46,923 bases of DNA from Candidatus Nomurabacteria bacterium (GCA_943354525.1 CALRCI010000001.1:1-46923); one strand, 5' to 3'. Positions 24,323-31,471 are shown, counted from the first letter of the stretch. The notes: a model not told the origin generated them from the letters alone. Numbers and translations are program-made.

Positions 24323-24886
24323 ATGAGAAACACCTCTGACAACGAGAAATCGATCGGTAAACTCTTTCGCGAAGCTTCGGCCGGCGAACGGGAGGCGTTC
24401 GAGAAGCTCTACGCCGAGTTCTACACGCCGCTCTACCGCTACATGTATTTCCGGCTGAAGAACCGCTCCGACGCGCTCGACCTGACCCAGACAGTGTTCT
24501 TCAAATTCTGGAAAAACATCGGCAGTTACAAAGAAGCTGGCACGCCAAGCGCATTCCTCTATACGATCGCTCGAAACACGCTCATAGATTTCTTCCGCAC
24601 GAAGAAGCATGATGCAATCCCCTCCGACGAATTGGTCGCCAAGCAGGATGAAGCGACGGTCCCCGAATTGCCGAGAGATGATTCCTTCGCCGAAGAAATC
24701 AGGAACTCGCTCTTGATCCTCGGCGATTCCGAACGTGAAATTATCACCTTGCGATTCATGAGTGAATTATCCAATGCTGAAATTAGCACGATCACCGGCA
24801 AGACAGAGCCAGCCATCCGCCAAATCCAGTCCCGCGCACTCCGTGCCTTGCGCGAACACTTAAAAAATAAGAAACTATTTGAATAA
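24323..24886 (+). CDS. sigma-70 family (ECF-type) RNA polymerase sigma factor
   Basis: Region 2 (FEKLYAEFYTPLYRYMYFRL...DLTQTVFFKFW) and region 4 HTH (LSNAEISTITGKTEPAIRQIQSRALRALR). First ATG at 24323. Confidence 0.85.
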   Translation: MRNTSDNEKSIGKLFREASAGEREAFEKLYAEFYTPLYRYMYFRLKNRSDALDLTQTVFFKFWKNIGSYKEAGTPSAFLYTIARNTLIDFFRTKKHDAIPSDELVAKQDEATVPELPRDDSFAEEIRNSLLILGDSEREIITLRFMSELSNAEISTITGKTEPAIRQIQSRALRALREHLKNKKLFE

Positions 24887-24887
24887 T

Positions 24888-25364
24888 ATGATCAACGAAT
24901 TCGACAATGACATCATAGAAGCTCTCGACGCGCATGAACGCGGTGATTTGGCGAATGCGCCAGAGAATGAGACGACTGCTCTGATTCGCGCACTCTCGCA
25001 TGCGAAAAACAGCGTTGCGCCTGGACGCACCGGTCTGCGCCAGATGCTTGCACATGCGCAGCCAAAGCGAAGCCCGTACATGAAATTCCTCCGACCGCTC
25101 ATGCTCGTGCCTGTCGGTGTAGTGGTACTTATTTTATTCGTACTCACTCGTCCAGCAACGGCACCGACCACCACTGAAAGCGTTCTCACCACCATCAAAC
25201 TTCCACCGGCTACTGGCAATGTCGATGATATCGCCACACTCCTCACTGAAACTACCCGCGCCGAAGGCGTCGCACTTATGAGCCAGTCAGTCGATCTGTC
25301 TCAAACAGCGAGCGAACAAGCAGTTACTTCATTTTCAAATGACAATGCAGAAAACACACTTTAA
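24888..25364 (+). CDS. putative anti-sigma factor (single-pass membrane protein, 158 aa)
   Basis: Starts 1 nt after the sigma stop. Cytoplasmic N-domain, central TM LMLVPVGVVVLILFVL, extracytoplasmic tail. Assignment is by context only. Confidence 0.45.
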   Translation: MINEFDNDIIEALDAHERGDLANAPENETTALIRALSHAKNSVAPGRTGLRQMLAHAQPKRSPYMKFLRPLMLVPVGVVVLILFVLTRPATAPTTTESVLTTIKLPPATGNVDDIATLLTETTRAEGVALMSQSVDLSQTASEQAVTSFSNDNAENTL

Positions 25365-26076
25365 AATTCTGCTCGCAACAATCCTTTTCGTCCTTCCGTT
25401 TTCGGCGAGCGCGCGAGTTCTCGCACCCAAGCCGCCGCATCCGGAAATCTGCCGCAAAATCGAATCTCTCCAGAACCAGAAACAGACGCAGGCCGCCGCG
25501 CTCAAGCGCACGCTCGCGACCAAACATAATTTTGACGCAACTCATTTCATCGAAATCTCAGGCGCCGCCGATGAGGCGCTGACCAAAGCTCGAGCAACTG
25601 AAGACACTGCCTTCGCCGCGCAGATCGCCGCGCTCATGACGCACGCCGATACGCCGGCAAAAGTGGCAGCCGTCGAGACATTCGAAGCAACCATGCGCCA
25701 AGCAATCACCGCTCGCCGAGTAGCCAATGATACGGCACTCATCAATTACCGTACTGCGATTACAGCGACGCTCGAAGCCCGAACGACGAAGATCGAGACT
25801 CTGGTTTCCACGCTTGCGGAAAGACAGCAAACAGCGCTCGGTGACGGACGCAAGAACTGCCAGAACAACGCGCGTGATCCTCATTTCGCGCAGATGCTGA
25901 AATCGAATCTCGAAGAAGCCAATAATAATTTCCGTGACGCCAAGCAGGATCTCGATATGAACTCTGATATCGCAGGACTGAACAAGATCAAACAAGATGC
26001 GATTCTCGCCGCAGAAACTACGTTCAAGGCAACACTCGCAACGGCAACAGCGACACTGCGCACGGCATTGAAATAA
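25339..26076 (+). CDS. secreted alpha-helical hypothetical protein (245 aa)
   Basis: Signal peptide KILLATILFVLPFSASA. Ala/Thr/Lys-rich helical repeats. Overlaps the previous gene by 26 nt (alternative ATG at 25345). Confidence 0.6.
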   Translation: MTMQKTHFKILLATILFVLPFSASARVLAPKPPHPEICRKIESLQNQKQTQAAALKRTLATKHNFDATHFIEISGAADEALTKARATEDTAFAAQIAALMTHADTPAKVAAVETFEATMRQAITARRVANDTALINYRTAITATLEARTTKIETLVSTLAERQQTALGDGRKNCQNNARDPHFAQMLKSNLEEANNNFRDAKQDLDMNSDIAGLNKIKQDAILAAETTFKATLATATATLRTALK

Positions 26077-26085
26077 ACAATATGT

Positions 26086-26091
26086 TACAAT
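26086..26091 (+). promoter_or_regulatory. -10 box TGTTACAAT, 6 nt before ATG 26098
   Basis: tgtTACAATaatcctATG. Confidence 0.6.
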
Positions 26092-26097
26092 AATCCT

Positions 26098-26562
26098 ATG
26101 GATAAGACTCCCCGATTCGAATGGATGACGGAAGAATACACGTTCGTGGAACGCTCGACGGACTGGTTCTGGGCTGTCGGTCTCGCCGCAGTCGCACTCG
26201 CCGTCGTCGCAATACTTTTTGGTGATGCACTCTTTGGTGTCGTGATTATTCTCGGAGCCGCATCTATCGCCATGCTTTCTATCCGTCGGCCTGAAACTGT
26301 CGCAATCGCCATCGGCGAACGCGGCATCAAGATCCGTGAAGTATTCTACCGGTACAGTGACATCCCTGCATTTTGGGTCGACGAACGGCCTGACGGCAAC
26401 GAGCTCATCATCATGACGAAGCGATTTTTCCTCCCACAGGTCGCCATCCCCCTCCATGAGATCGATGCCGATGCCGTACGCGAATTCCTCAAAGAAAAAA
26501 TCGAAGAAAAAGAAATGCGCGAACCGCGCTATCACAAAATACTCGAAATGATTGGATTATAA
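26098..26562 (+). CDS. hypothetical two-TM membrane protein (154 aa)
   Basis: Hydrophobic hairpin WFWAVGLAAVALAVVAILFGDALFGVVIILGAASIAML. TGTTACAAT box 6 nt upstream of the ATG. Confidence 0.6.
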   Translation: MDKTPRFEWMTEEYTFVERSTDWFWAVGLAAVALAVVAILFGDALFGVVIILGAASIAMLSIRRPETVAIAIGERGIKIREVFYRYSDIPAFWVDERPDGNELIIMTKRFFLPQVAIPLHEIDADAVREFLKEKIEEKEMREPRYHKILEMIGL

Positions 26563-26590
26563 AAAGACTGCACTACTGCAGTCTTTTTAT
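26559..26590 (+). terminator. 14-bp hairpin including the TAA stop of the 154-aa membrane ORF
   Basis: ATAAAAAGACTGCA-ctac-TGCAGTCTTTTTAT. Confidence 0.8.
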
Positions 26591-26592
26591 TT

Positions 26593-26728
26593 GGTGATCC
26601 CGCCAGGAATCTTTCCTTACAGGAACAGTACACCTTTTGCATTTTCTCGAAGCAGGGCTTCTCGAAAATAAGCAAAAGGTATTCGATTCCTGGACGTGAG
26701 TGAAGCAGTTCACTCACTCGGGATCACC
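26593..26728 (-). repeat. tRNA-Arg-derived palindrome: arms are sense and antisense copies of the tRNA-Arg(GCG) 3' end
   Basis: 26593-26611 GGTGATCCCGCCAGGAATC is identical to 26772-26790 inside the tRNA gene. The inverted copy is split (GATTCCTGG 26685-26693 and CGGGATCACC 26719-26728) by a 25-nt hairpin. A 73-nt hairpin-rich core lies between the arms. Confidence 0.8.
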
Positions 26729-26731
26729 CAA

Positions 26732-26767
26732 AGAAAAAGGCCGCCTCTTTCGAGACGGCCTTTTTCT
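26732..26767 (-). terminator. hairpin after tRNA-Arg(GCG)
   Basis: AGAAAAAGGCCG-12 nt-CGGCCTTTTTCT. Confidence 0.7.
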
Positions 26768-26773
26768 AACGGG

Positions 26774-26845
26774 TGATCCCGCCAGGAATCGAACCTGGAT
26801 TTACAGTTCCGCAAACTATTGTCCTATCCGTTGAACGACGGGACC
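26774..26845 (-). tRNA. tRNA-Arg (anticodon GCG)
   Basis: Reverse complement: GGTCCCG acceptor (one G:T pair), D arm GTTC/GGAC, anticodon arm ATAGT-TTGCGGA-ACTGT, T arm CCAGG-TTCGATT-CCTGG, CGGGATC-A. Followed by CCC, not CCA. Confidence 0.85.
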
Positions 26846-26900
26846 GTCGAACGCTTTGCACTATACGCTATTTCGCCTTTTTATTCAACTGAACTGTTTT

Positions 26901-27161
26901 TTATTTCCCCGTCGCCCAATCTTTGAGTTCCGCAAATGTTACTTCGCCACAGAGAAATGAGTCACTATCGCTATTCCAGAGAAACGGCACTCCCCCACAG
27001 CGCTCACGATCGGCAGATTCGAGAAGTCGTGCGTTCACTTCATTGTGCCAACATTCGACACGTTCGACGGTGATATTGTTTTCTTGTTCGAGACGAAGGA
27101 GTAACGGAACTATTTCTTCGCAATGCGGACATTCAGTTCCATAGAAAAATTTGAGAGCCAT
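26901..27161 (-). CDS. thioredoxin-fold (glutaredoxin-like) protein, CPHC active site
   Basis: 86 aa. FYGTECPHCEEIVPLL at the N-terminus plus GVPFL (cis-Pro loop). Confidence 0.75.
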   Translation of the reverse strand: MALKFFYGTECPHCEEIVPLLLRLEQENNITVERVECWHNEVNARLLESADRERCGGVPFLWNSDSDSFLCGEVTFAELKDWATGK

Positions 27162-27162
27162 T

Positions 27163-27648
27163 TTATTTAGTGACAGTTACGGGAACGAGCAGGACGCTCT
27201 GATCTGGTCCATCTGACGGATTTTCTTCTATAAACGCAAGTGTATAGTGACCAGTAGCGATATCAGGAATGTTCATCTCGGCACTAAATCCAACGGGATT
27301 CTCAGTCATCCAGTCTTCTGACGTTGCGAGCTGTTTCGTGACCAATTCTTTGCCATGGTCATCCAAGAGTGTCACGGTGCCCGCCACCGCTTCGAATACC
27401 GTCCAACTACAGCCAAGCGCATCTTTCTGACGATTATCGACAGTTGCTGTCGCAGTGTAGGTTGTATGTGCAGCAAACGTTGCCGGTGAAGTGACCGTGA
27501 GTCCGCACTCGGAGAGCGTCGCCGATGCGGTGACACTATCTGATTTCTGTGTGCCGAAATGCAGGACGAGCAAGATAGCGGCCAGTATCAGAATAATGAG
27601 GGCGAGAATGATTTTACGAGTTTTGTTCTGCATGGTGAATTTCTGCAT
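27163..27648 (-). CDS. hypothetical membrane-anchored protein (161 aa)
   Basis: Anchor IILALIILILAAILLVL. Start set at ATG 27648 (MQKFTMQ...), 6 nt after TGTTACTAT. Stop is 1 nt before the thioredoxin-like gene's start. Confidence 0.6.
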   Translation of the reverse strand: MQKFTMQNKTRKIILALIILILAAILLVLHFGTQKSDSVTASATLSECGLTVTSPATFAAHTTYTATATVDNRQKDALGCSWTVFEAVAGTVTLLDDHGKELVTKQLATSEDWMTENPVGFSAEMNIPDIATGHYTLAFIEENPSDGPDQSVLLVPVTVTK

Positions 27649-27654
27649 ACATCT

Positions 27655-27660
27655 ATAGTA
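27655..27660 (-). promoter_or_regulatory. -10 box TGTTACTAT, 6 nt before ATG 27648
   Basis: Minus strand tgtTACTATagatgtATG. Confidence 0.55.
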
Positions 27661-27663
27661 ACA

Positions 27664-27691
27664 CAAAACACGACTATCGAGTCGTGTTTTG
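27664..27691 (-). terminator. hairpin after rpsT, abutting the next promoter
   Basis: CAAAACACGACT-atcg-AGTCGTGTTTTG. Confidence 0.75.
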
Positions 27692-27697
27692 GACTGC

Positions 27698-27961
27698 TTA
27701 TTTAGCTGGTTTTGTGATGCGAGCGAGACGGGATTTCTTGCGAGATGCGTTGTTCTTCTTGATGACGCCGCGCTTGCCGGCCTTGTCGATGGCTGCGAAT
27801 GCGACAGGAAGAAGCTTTGCTGCTTCGTCGAGCTTCTTTTCGTGGACGAGTTTCTCGACTTTCTTAATAGTTTCTTTGAGTGTCTTCTTGCGGCGATCGT
27901 TGATGGCTTTCTTGCGTTTGCTGCCGCGGAGCGCCTTCTTAGCTGATTGAATGATTGGCAT
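27698..27961 (-). CDS. rpsT: 30S ribosomal protein S20
   Basis: MPIIQSAKKALRGSKRKKAINDRRKKTLKETIKK... is a typical S20 N-terminus; 87 aa. Confidence 0.95.
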   Translation of the reverse strand: MPIIQSAKKALRGSKRKKAINDRRKKTLKETIKKVEKLVHEKKLDEAAKLLPVAFAAIDKAGKRGVIKKNNASRKKSRLARITKPAK

Positions 27962-27977
27962 AATAGATTAGGTGCTA

Positions 27978-28003
27978 GGTTCTAGTGATTAGGTTCTAGT
28001 AGT
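27978..28003 (+). repeat. tandem 13-nt CTAG-rich unit (TAGGTTCTAGTGA T / TAGGTTCTAGTAG T) in the rpsT-ruvA divergent region
   Basis: The 12-mer TAGGTTCTAGTG at 27978-27989 recurs exactly at 46389-46400, with a variant at 27991-28002. Confidence 0.7.
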
Positions 28004-28102
28004 AAATGTCCCGCCGATGAGCGGTATGAAGCCACGAGACACGCAAACTTCAATGAGCGCATACTACCAGAAATTGCCGATTGGCGCAAACAGCCAATCT
28101 GC

Positions 28103-28108
28103 TATACT
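28103..28108 (+). promoter_or_regulatory. -10 box TGCTATACT, 6 nt before ATG 28115 (ruvA)
   Basis: tgcTATACTgactgcATG. Confidence 0.6.
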
Positions 28109-28114
28109 GACTGC

Positions 28115-28690
28115 ATGATTGCACGCCTTTCGGGTACTATCGCGGATATCGGAGAAAAGCACCTTGTCGTGGATGTCCATGGCGTAGGCTATAAGCTCTT
28201 CGTGACCCCAGATTTGGCCCTTGAAGCCATTCTCGGCGATGAGCGCGTATTTGCTACGTATATGTCTGTCCGGGAAAACGCCATTGACCTGTATGGCTTT
28301 CGCGATGAGAACGAGCGTGGATTCTTCGAACTCCTCCTCGACGTCTCCGGTATCGGGCCGAAATCTGCTCTGACAATTCTCGCCATGGCACCAATCGAAG
28401 TCCTCTCGCGTGCCATCGGCACGGGCGATGTCGGTTATCTCACGAAAGTCTCTGGCATCGGCCGAAAAACTGCTGAGAAAATCGTCATCGAACTCCGTGA
28501 TAAACTACGCGCACATTCTTCGGATGAATCACGCGCCTCGCTCTCTGCCGACAGCGATGTCATTGAAGCGCTCCGCACGCTCGGGTACAAAGACAACGAT
28601 GCGCGCGATGCCGTGAAGCAAATTCCCCTGACTGCGACGAGCACGAACGAACGCATCAAAGAAGCACTTCGAATTCTCGGCGGAAAATAA
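28115..28690 (+). CDS. ruvA: Holliday junction DNA helicase subunit RuvA
   Basis: MIARLSGTIADIGEKHLVVDVHGVGYKLFV OB domain, HhH motifs (VSGIGPKSAL, VSGIGRKTAEKI), C-terminal domain III. Confidence 0.95.
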   Translation: MIARLSGTIADIGEKHLVVDVHGVGYKLFVTPDLALEAILGDERVFATYMSVRENAIDLYGFRDENERGFFELLLDVSGIGPKSALTILAMAPIEVLSRAIGTGDVGYLTKVSGIGRKTAEKIVIELRDKLRAHSSDESRASLSADSDVIEALRTLGYKDNDARDAVKQIPLTATSTNERIKEALRILGGK

Positions 28691-28691
28691 A

Positions 28692-28719
28692 AACACTGAA
28701 GTACTACTACTTCAGTGTT
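28692..28719. terminator. bidirectional hairpin between ruvA and the 225-aa membrane ORF
   Basis: AACACTGAAGTA-ctac-TACTTCAGTGTT. Confidence 0.75.
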
Positions 28720-28733
28720 AAAAAAATAATCTT

Positions 28734-29411
28734 TCAGGAAAAATGATAGACCAGCAGCAATCCCACTGCTCCGGCCAAATTGGTGGACTCATTGAACGCA
28801 ATTCTTCTTTTCTCAGCCGTGCTCTCCGTCAACCACATATCTGCCAAGTTCTGCAGTAACCGGAACACGATGATGCCCGTGCCGAAATAAATCGCAAACC
28901 ATGAAATTCCATCGGTGCCATTATTCCAGATATGAAATGCGAAGAGAATCTGTGCGGCAATCAGCACGAGTGCGACCGTATCAGCCATCTTGCGCAAATC
29001 AACTCTGGGCTCGATGAAAATCTGTTTCAATAATTTATAAACTATGAAACTCAAGATAATAACCGAAAGCCAGATATCATACTTCTGCGCGATCGGGTTT
29101 CGGGTCTCGATTCGACGGCAGATGAACTGATAGATGTAATACGGTTGGCCCAGAGTGCCCAGGGCATAGCAGAGACAGCGGAAAATTTTCGGCAAATCCA
29201 GCGGACGGGTCAACAATTTTATTGAGAGTGCCAGATTGAATGCGAAGAAAAACAGCAGTGCCACGTAGAATCCGAGAAATATCCCGCTGCTCTCAGGAGT
29301 AATCGCATGAATTTGATAGACATAGCCAACTGCCGCTAAGACGCCTTGGACCACTGCGACACAGACCGTAATCTGAGTGTTTAATCGGAATTTGTTTATT
29401 CTTTTTTTCAT
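28734..29411 (-). CDS. hypothetical polytopic membrane protein (225 aa)
   Basis: Intact ORF with about 6 hydrophobic helices. No family recognised. Confidence 0.55.
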   Translation of the reverse strand: MKKRINKFRLNTQITVCVAVVQGVLAAVGYVYQIHAITPESSGIFLGFYVALLFFFAFNLALSIKLLTRPLDLPKIFRCLCYALGTLGQPYYIYQFICRRIETRNPIAQKYDIWLSVIILSFIVYKLLKQIFIEPRVDLRKMADTVALVLIAAQILFAFHIWNNGTDGISWFAIYFGTGIIVFRLLQNLADMWLTESTAEKRRIAFNESTNLAGAVGLLLVYHFS

Positions 29412-29515
29412 GGTAAGTCATAGTTTTTTAATGAAGAAATGGCTCTCATTTAATCATGAATACGCCATAAACACAACCTGGATTCAGGCCTGCACAACAC
29501 ATACCGCTCCTATGC

Positions 29516-29521
29516 TACAAT
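29516..29521 (+). promoter_or_regulatory. -10 box TGCTACAAT, 6 nt before ATG 29528 (fpg)
   Basis: tgcTACAATgccgctATG. Confidence 0.6.
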
Positions 29522-29527
29522 GCCGCT

Positions 29528-30511
29528 ATGCCCGAACTCCCCGAAGTGCAAACCACTGTCGCCGGACTCCAAAAAATCCTGCCGAGACTAGTCATCAAAG
29601 ATGTCTGGACGGATTTGGCGAAGAAAAATCAGCGTATCCCCCATTTCAAAGAAACATTGAAAGATCTTTCTTTCTATCAGAAATTCCGCCGTGAAGTCAG
29701 CGGTAAGAAAGTCATTTCCGTCGAACGCAGAGCAAAAAATATTCTGATCAACATTTCAGGGGGTAAAACGATTCTCATCCATATGAAAATGACCGGCCAT
29801 ATCATGGTTGGCAAATATTCATATGACAAGAAAACCAATTCATGGACACCGGCACCTGATGAGAAAAATCTGGCACTTCGGGATCCGTTCAACCGATTTA
29901 TTCATACGGTATTTACATTGACCTCACCCCGGACTACGTCTCGACCCTCTCCTTATAAAGGAGAGGAAGAATTCCATCTCGTATTCTGCGATTCACGCAA
30001 GTTTGGAACAGTGAAGCTTGTCGCGAGGTCTTTGTTATATGCTCCAGGCTCTATGCTCCATGCTTTGGGTCCTGAGCCATTGGACAAGAATTTCACGTTT
30101 GCAAAATTTACTGAGCGATTGAGCAAGAAGCTGAATGGAAAAATAAAACCGGTACTTCTCGATCAATCAATCATCTCCGGCATCGGTAATATTTATTCCG
30201 ATGAAATGCTCTGGCTCGCCGGCATCAATCCGCGAGCGTTGGTCAAAGATATTCCGGCAGTGAAAATGAAAAAATTATATGCGGGCATGAAATCAGTGCT
30301 GGCAAAAGGAATCGATTTCGGCGGCGACTCAACATCAGATTATCGCGATGTGCAGGGAGTCCCCGGTAAATTCAGCTACCATCACAAGGCATACCGCATG
30401 ACTGGCAAACGATGTAGCAAACCGAGATGCACCGGTGGTATACTGAGAATAATCATCGGCGCACGCAGCGCACATTATTGCAGCGTACATCAGAGATTAT
30501 CAAATAAATAA
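29528..30511 (+). CDS. mutM: formamidopyrimidine-DNA glycosylase (Fpg/MutM)
   Basis: Catalytic N-terminus MPELPEV, H2TH region LLDQSIISGIGNIYSDEMLWLAGINP, C-terminal zinc-finger region. TGCTACAAT box 6 nt upstream of the ATG. Confidence 0.9.
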   Translation: MPELPEVQTTVAGLQKILPRLVIKDVWTDLAKKNQRIPHFKETLKDLSFYQKFRREVSGKKVISVERRAKNILINISGGKTILIHMKMTGHIMVGKYSYDKKTNSWTPAPDEKNLALRDPFNRFIHTVFTLTSPRTTSRPSPYKGEEEFHLVFCDSRKFGTVKLVARSLLYAPGSMLHALGPEPLDKNFTFAKFTERLSKKLNGKIKPVLLDQSIISGIGNIYSDEMLWLAGINPRALVKDIPAVKMKKLYAGMKSVLAKGIDFGGDSTSDYRDVQGVPGKFSYHHKAYRMTGKRCSKPRCTGGILRIIIGARSAHYCSVHQRLSNK

Positions 30512-30521
30512 ATTTATTTTT

Positions 30522-30719
30522 ATGGCAGAAGAACACAAAAAAAGCGCGGCAGTGCAAGACCTCATGTTTCTACTCGCCGCAATCATTATTGGATTCGTCA
30601 TCTGGTTCTACACCGGCGGTCCGGCACGCTTCAACAACAAGCCGTTCATCAAGCCAGCCGAGCCAATTGATTCCGGTGAGACATACGGACCAAGCACTCC
30701 GAATACGCAATTCCAGTAG
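30522..30719 (+). CDS. hypothetical small single-TM protein (65 aa)
   Basis: ORF 10 nt after fpg. TM LMFLLAAIIIGFVIWFY. Its stop codon lies inside the left arm of the clamp element. Confidence 0.45.
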   Translation: MAEEHKKSAAVQDLMFLLAAIIIGFVIWFYTGGPARFNNKPFIKPAEPIDSGETYGPSTPNTQFQ

Positions 30720-30845
30720 CACACAAGAAAATACAGATGATTTTTTATGAGACCGCGCGGAGGCGGGTAGCCGAGCTCGAGCAAAAATTCACCAGAATTT
30801 TATGCGTGTCGATTAAAAAATCATCTGTATTTTCTTGTGTGCTAC
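30716..30845 (+). repeat. Family-1 clamp element, copy B: 32-bp perfect arms (30716-30747 / 30814-30845) around a 66-nt core (30748-30813)
   Basis: GTAGCACACAAGAAAATACAGATGATTTTTTA and its exact reverse complement. Core is TGAGACCGCGCGGAGGCGGGTAGCCGAGCTCGAGCAAAAATTCACCAGAATTTTATGCGTGTCGAT. The arms include the stop codon of the small ORF upstream and the first nt of the SpoU stop codon. Confidence 0.9.
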
Positions 30846-31324
30846 TAATCTGTCAGCGCATAGAGCATAATACCAGTGGCAACAGAAACATTGAGCGATT
30901 CTTTTACACCGCGCATCGGAATCTCCGCGATCACGTCGCACTCCCCTAAAACTTTTTGAGACAGTCCCGTGACTTCCGTGCCGAGGATGAGCGCAGTTCT
31001 TTCTGTGCTTTTCACTTTTTTATAACTGACTGAATTTGTCGATTGTTCCAGTGCAACGATTCTGTAATTTTCTTTCTTGAGTTTTCGCAACAGTGGCGCA
31101 ATAGTCTTCACATGTTCCCACACAACTGAATCTTCTGCCCCGAGGGCACATTTATGAAAATCATTTCTCTTTCTTCCAAACCGATCGAGCGGTGTCGGAG
31201 TCGTCCCGATGAGGTATATCTTCCCTACTCCGGCCGCGTCGGCCGTACGAAAAATCGCTCCGACATTGTAGACGCTGCGGATATTATCGAGCACAAGGAT
31301 GATTTTATCGTTGATTTTAGGCAT
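30845..31324 (-). CDS. SpoU/TrmH-family RNA 2'-O-methyltransferase
   Basis: SVYNVGAIFRTADAAGV (motif 1) and IPMRGVKESLNVSVATGIMLY (motif 3). Start set at ATG 31324 (MPKINDKIILV...). Confidence 0.85.
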   Translation of the reverse strand: MPKINDKIILVLDNIRSVYNVGAIFRTADAAGVGKIYLIGTTPTPLDRFGRKRNDFHKCALGAEDSVVWEHVKTIAPLLRKLKKENYRIVALEQSTNSVSYKKVKSTERTALILGTEVTGLSQKVLGECDVIAEIPMRGVKESLNVSVATGIMLYALTD

Positions 31325-31377
31325 ATTGTGTGCTAATTTGAGTTTACTTGCTTTTCGGTTTAAAGCAATAAGCATAT

Positions 31378-31450
31378 GCGCCCATAGCTCAGTTGGTAGA
31401 GCAGATCCCTTTTAAGGATAAGGTCGTAGGTTCGATCCCTACTGGGCGCA
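31378..31450 (+). tRNA. tRNA-Lys (anticodon TTT)
   Basis: GCGCCCA acceptor, GCTC-AGTTGGTA-GAGC D arm, anticodon loop CTTTTAA, T arm GTAGG-TTCGATC-CCTAC, TGGGCGC-A. Confidence 0.9.
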
Positions 31451-31471
31451 CTCGGTTATCCACACTCATTT

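Noticed and set aside
25558-26535. 325-aa ORF on the minus strand
   Set aside because: It runs antisense across two well-supported plus-strand genes (the secreted helical protein and the two-TM protein). Its composition is repetitive (runs of F, D, E, C, R), typical of the shadow frame of a GC-balanced coding region. It has no promoter or terminator context.
30737-30949. 70-aa ORF across clamp element copy B
   Set aside because: It is composed of the palindromic element plus the antisense of the SpoU gene 3' end. A 7-codon peptide (MRPRGGG) readable in copies B and C is not preserved in copy A, so the cores are unlikely to be coding.
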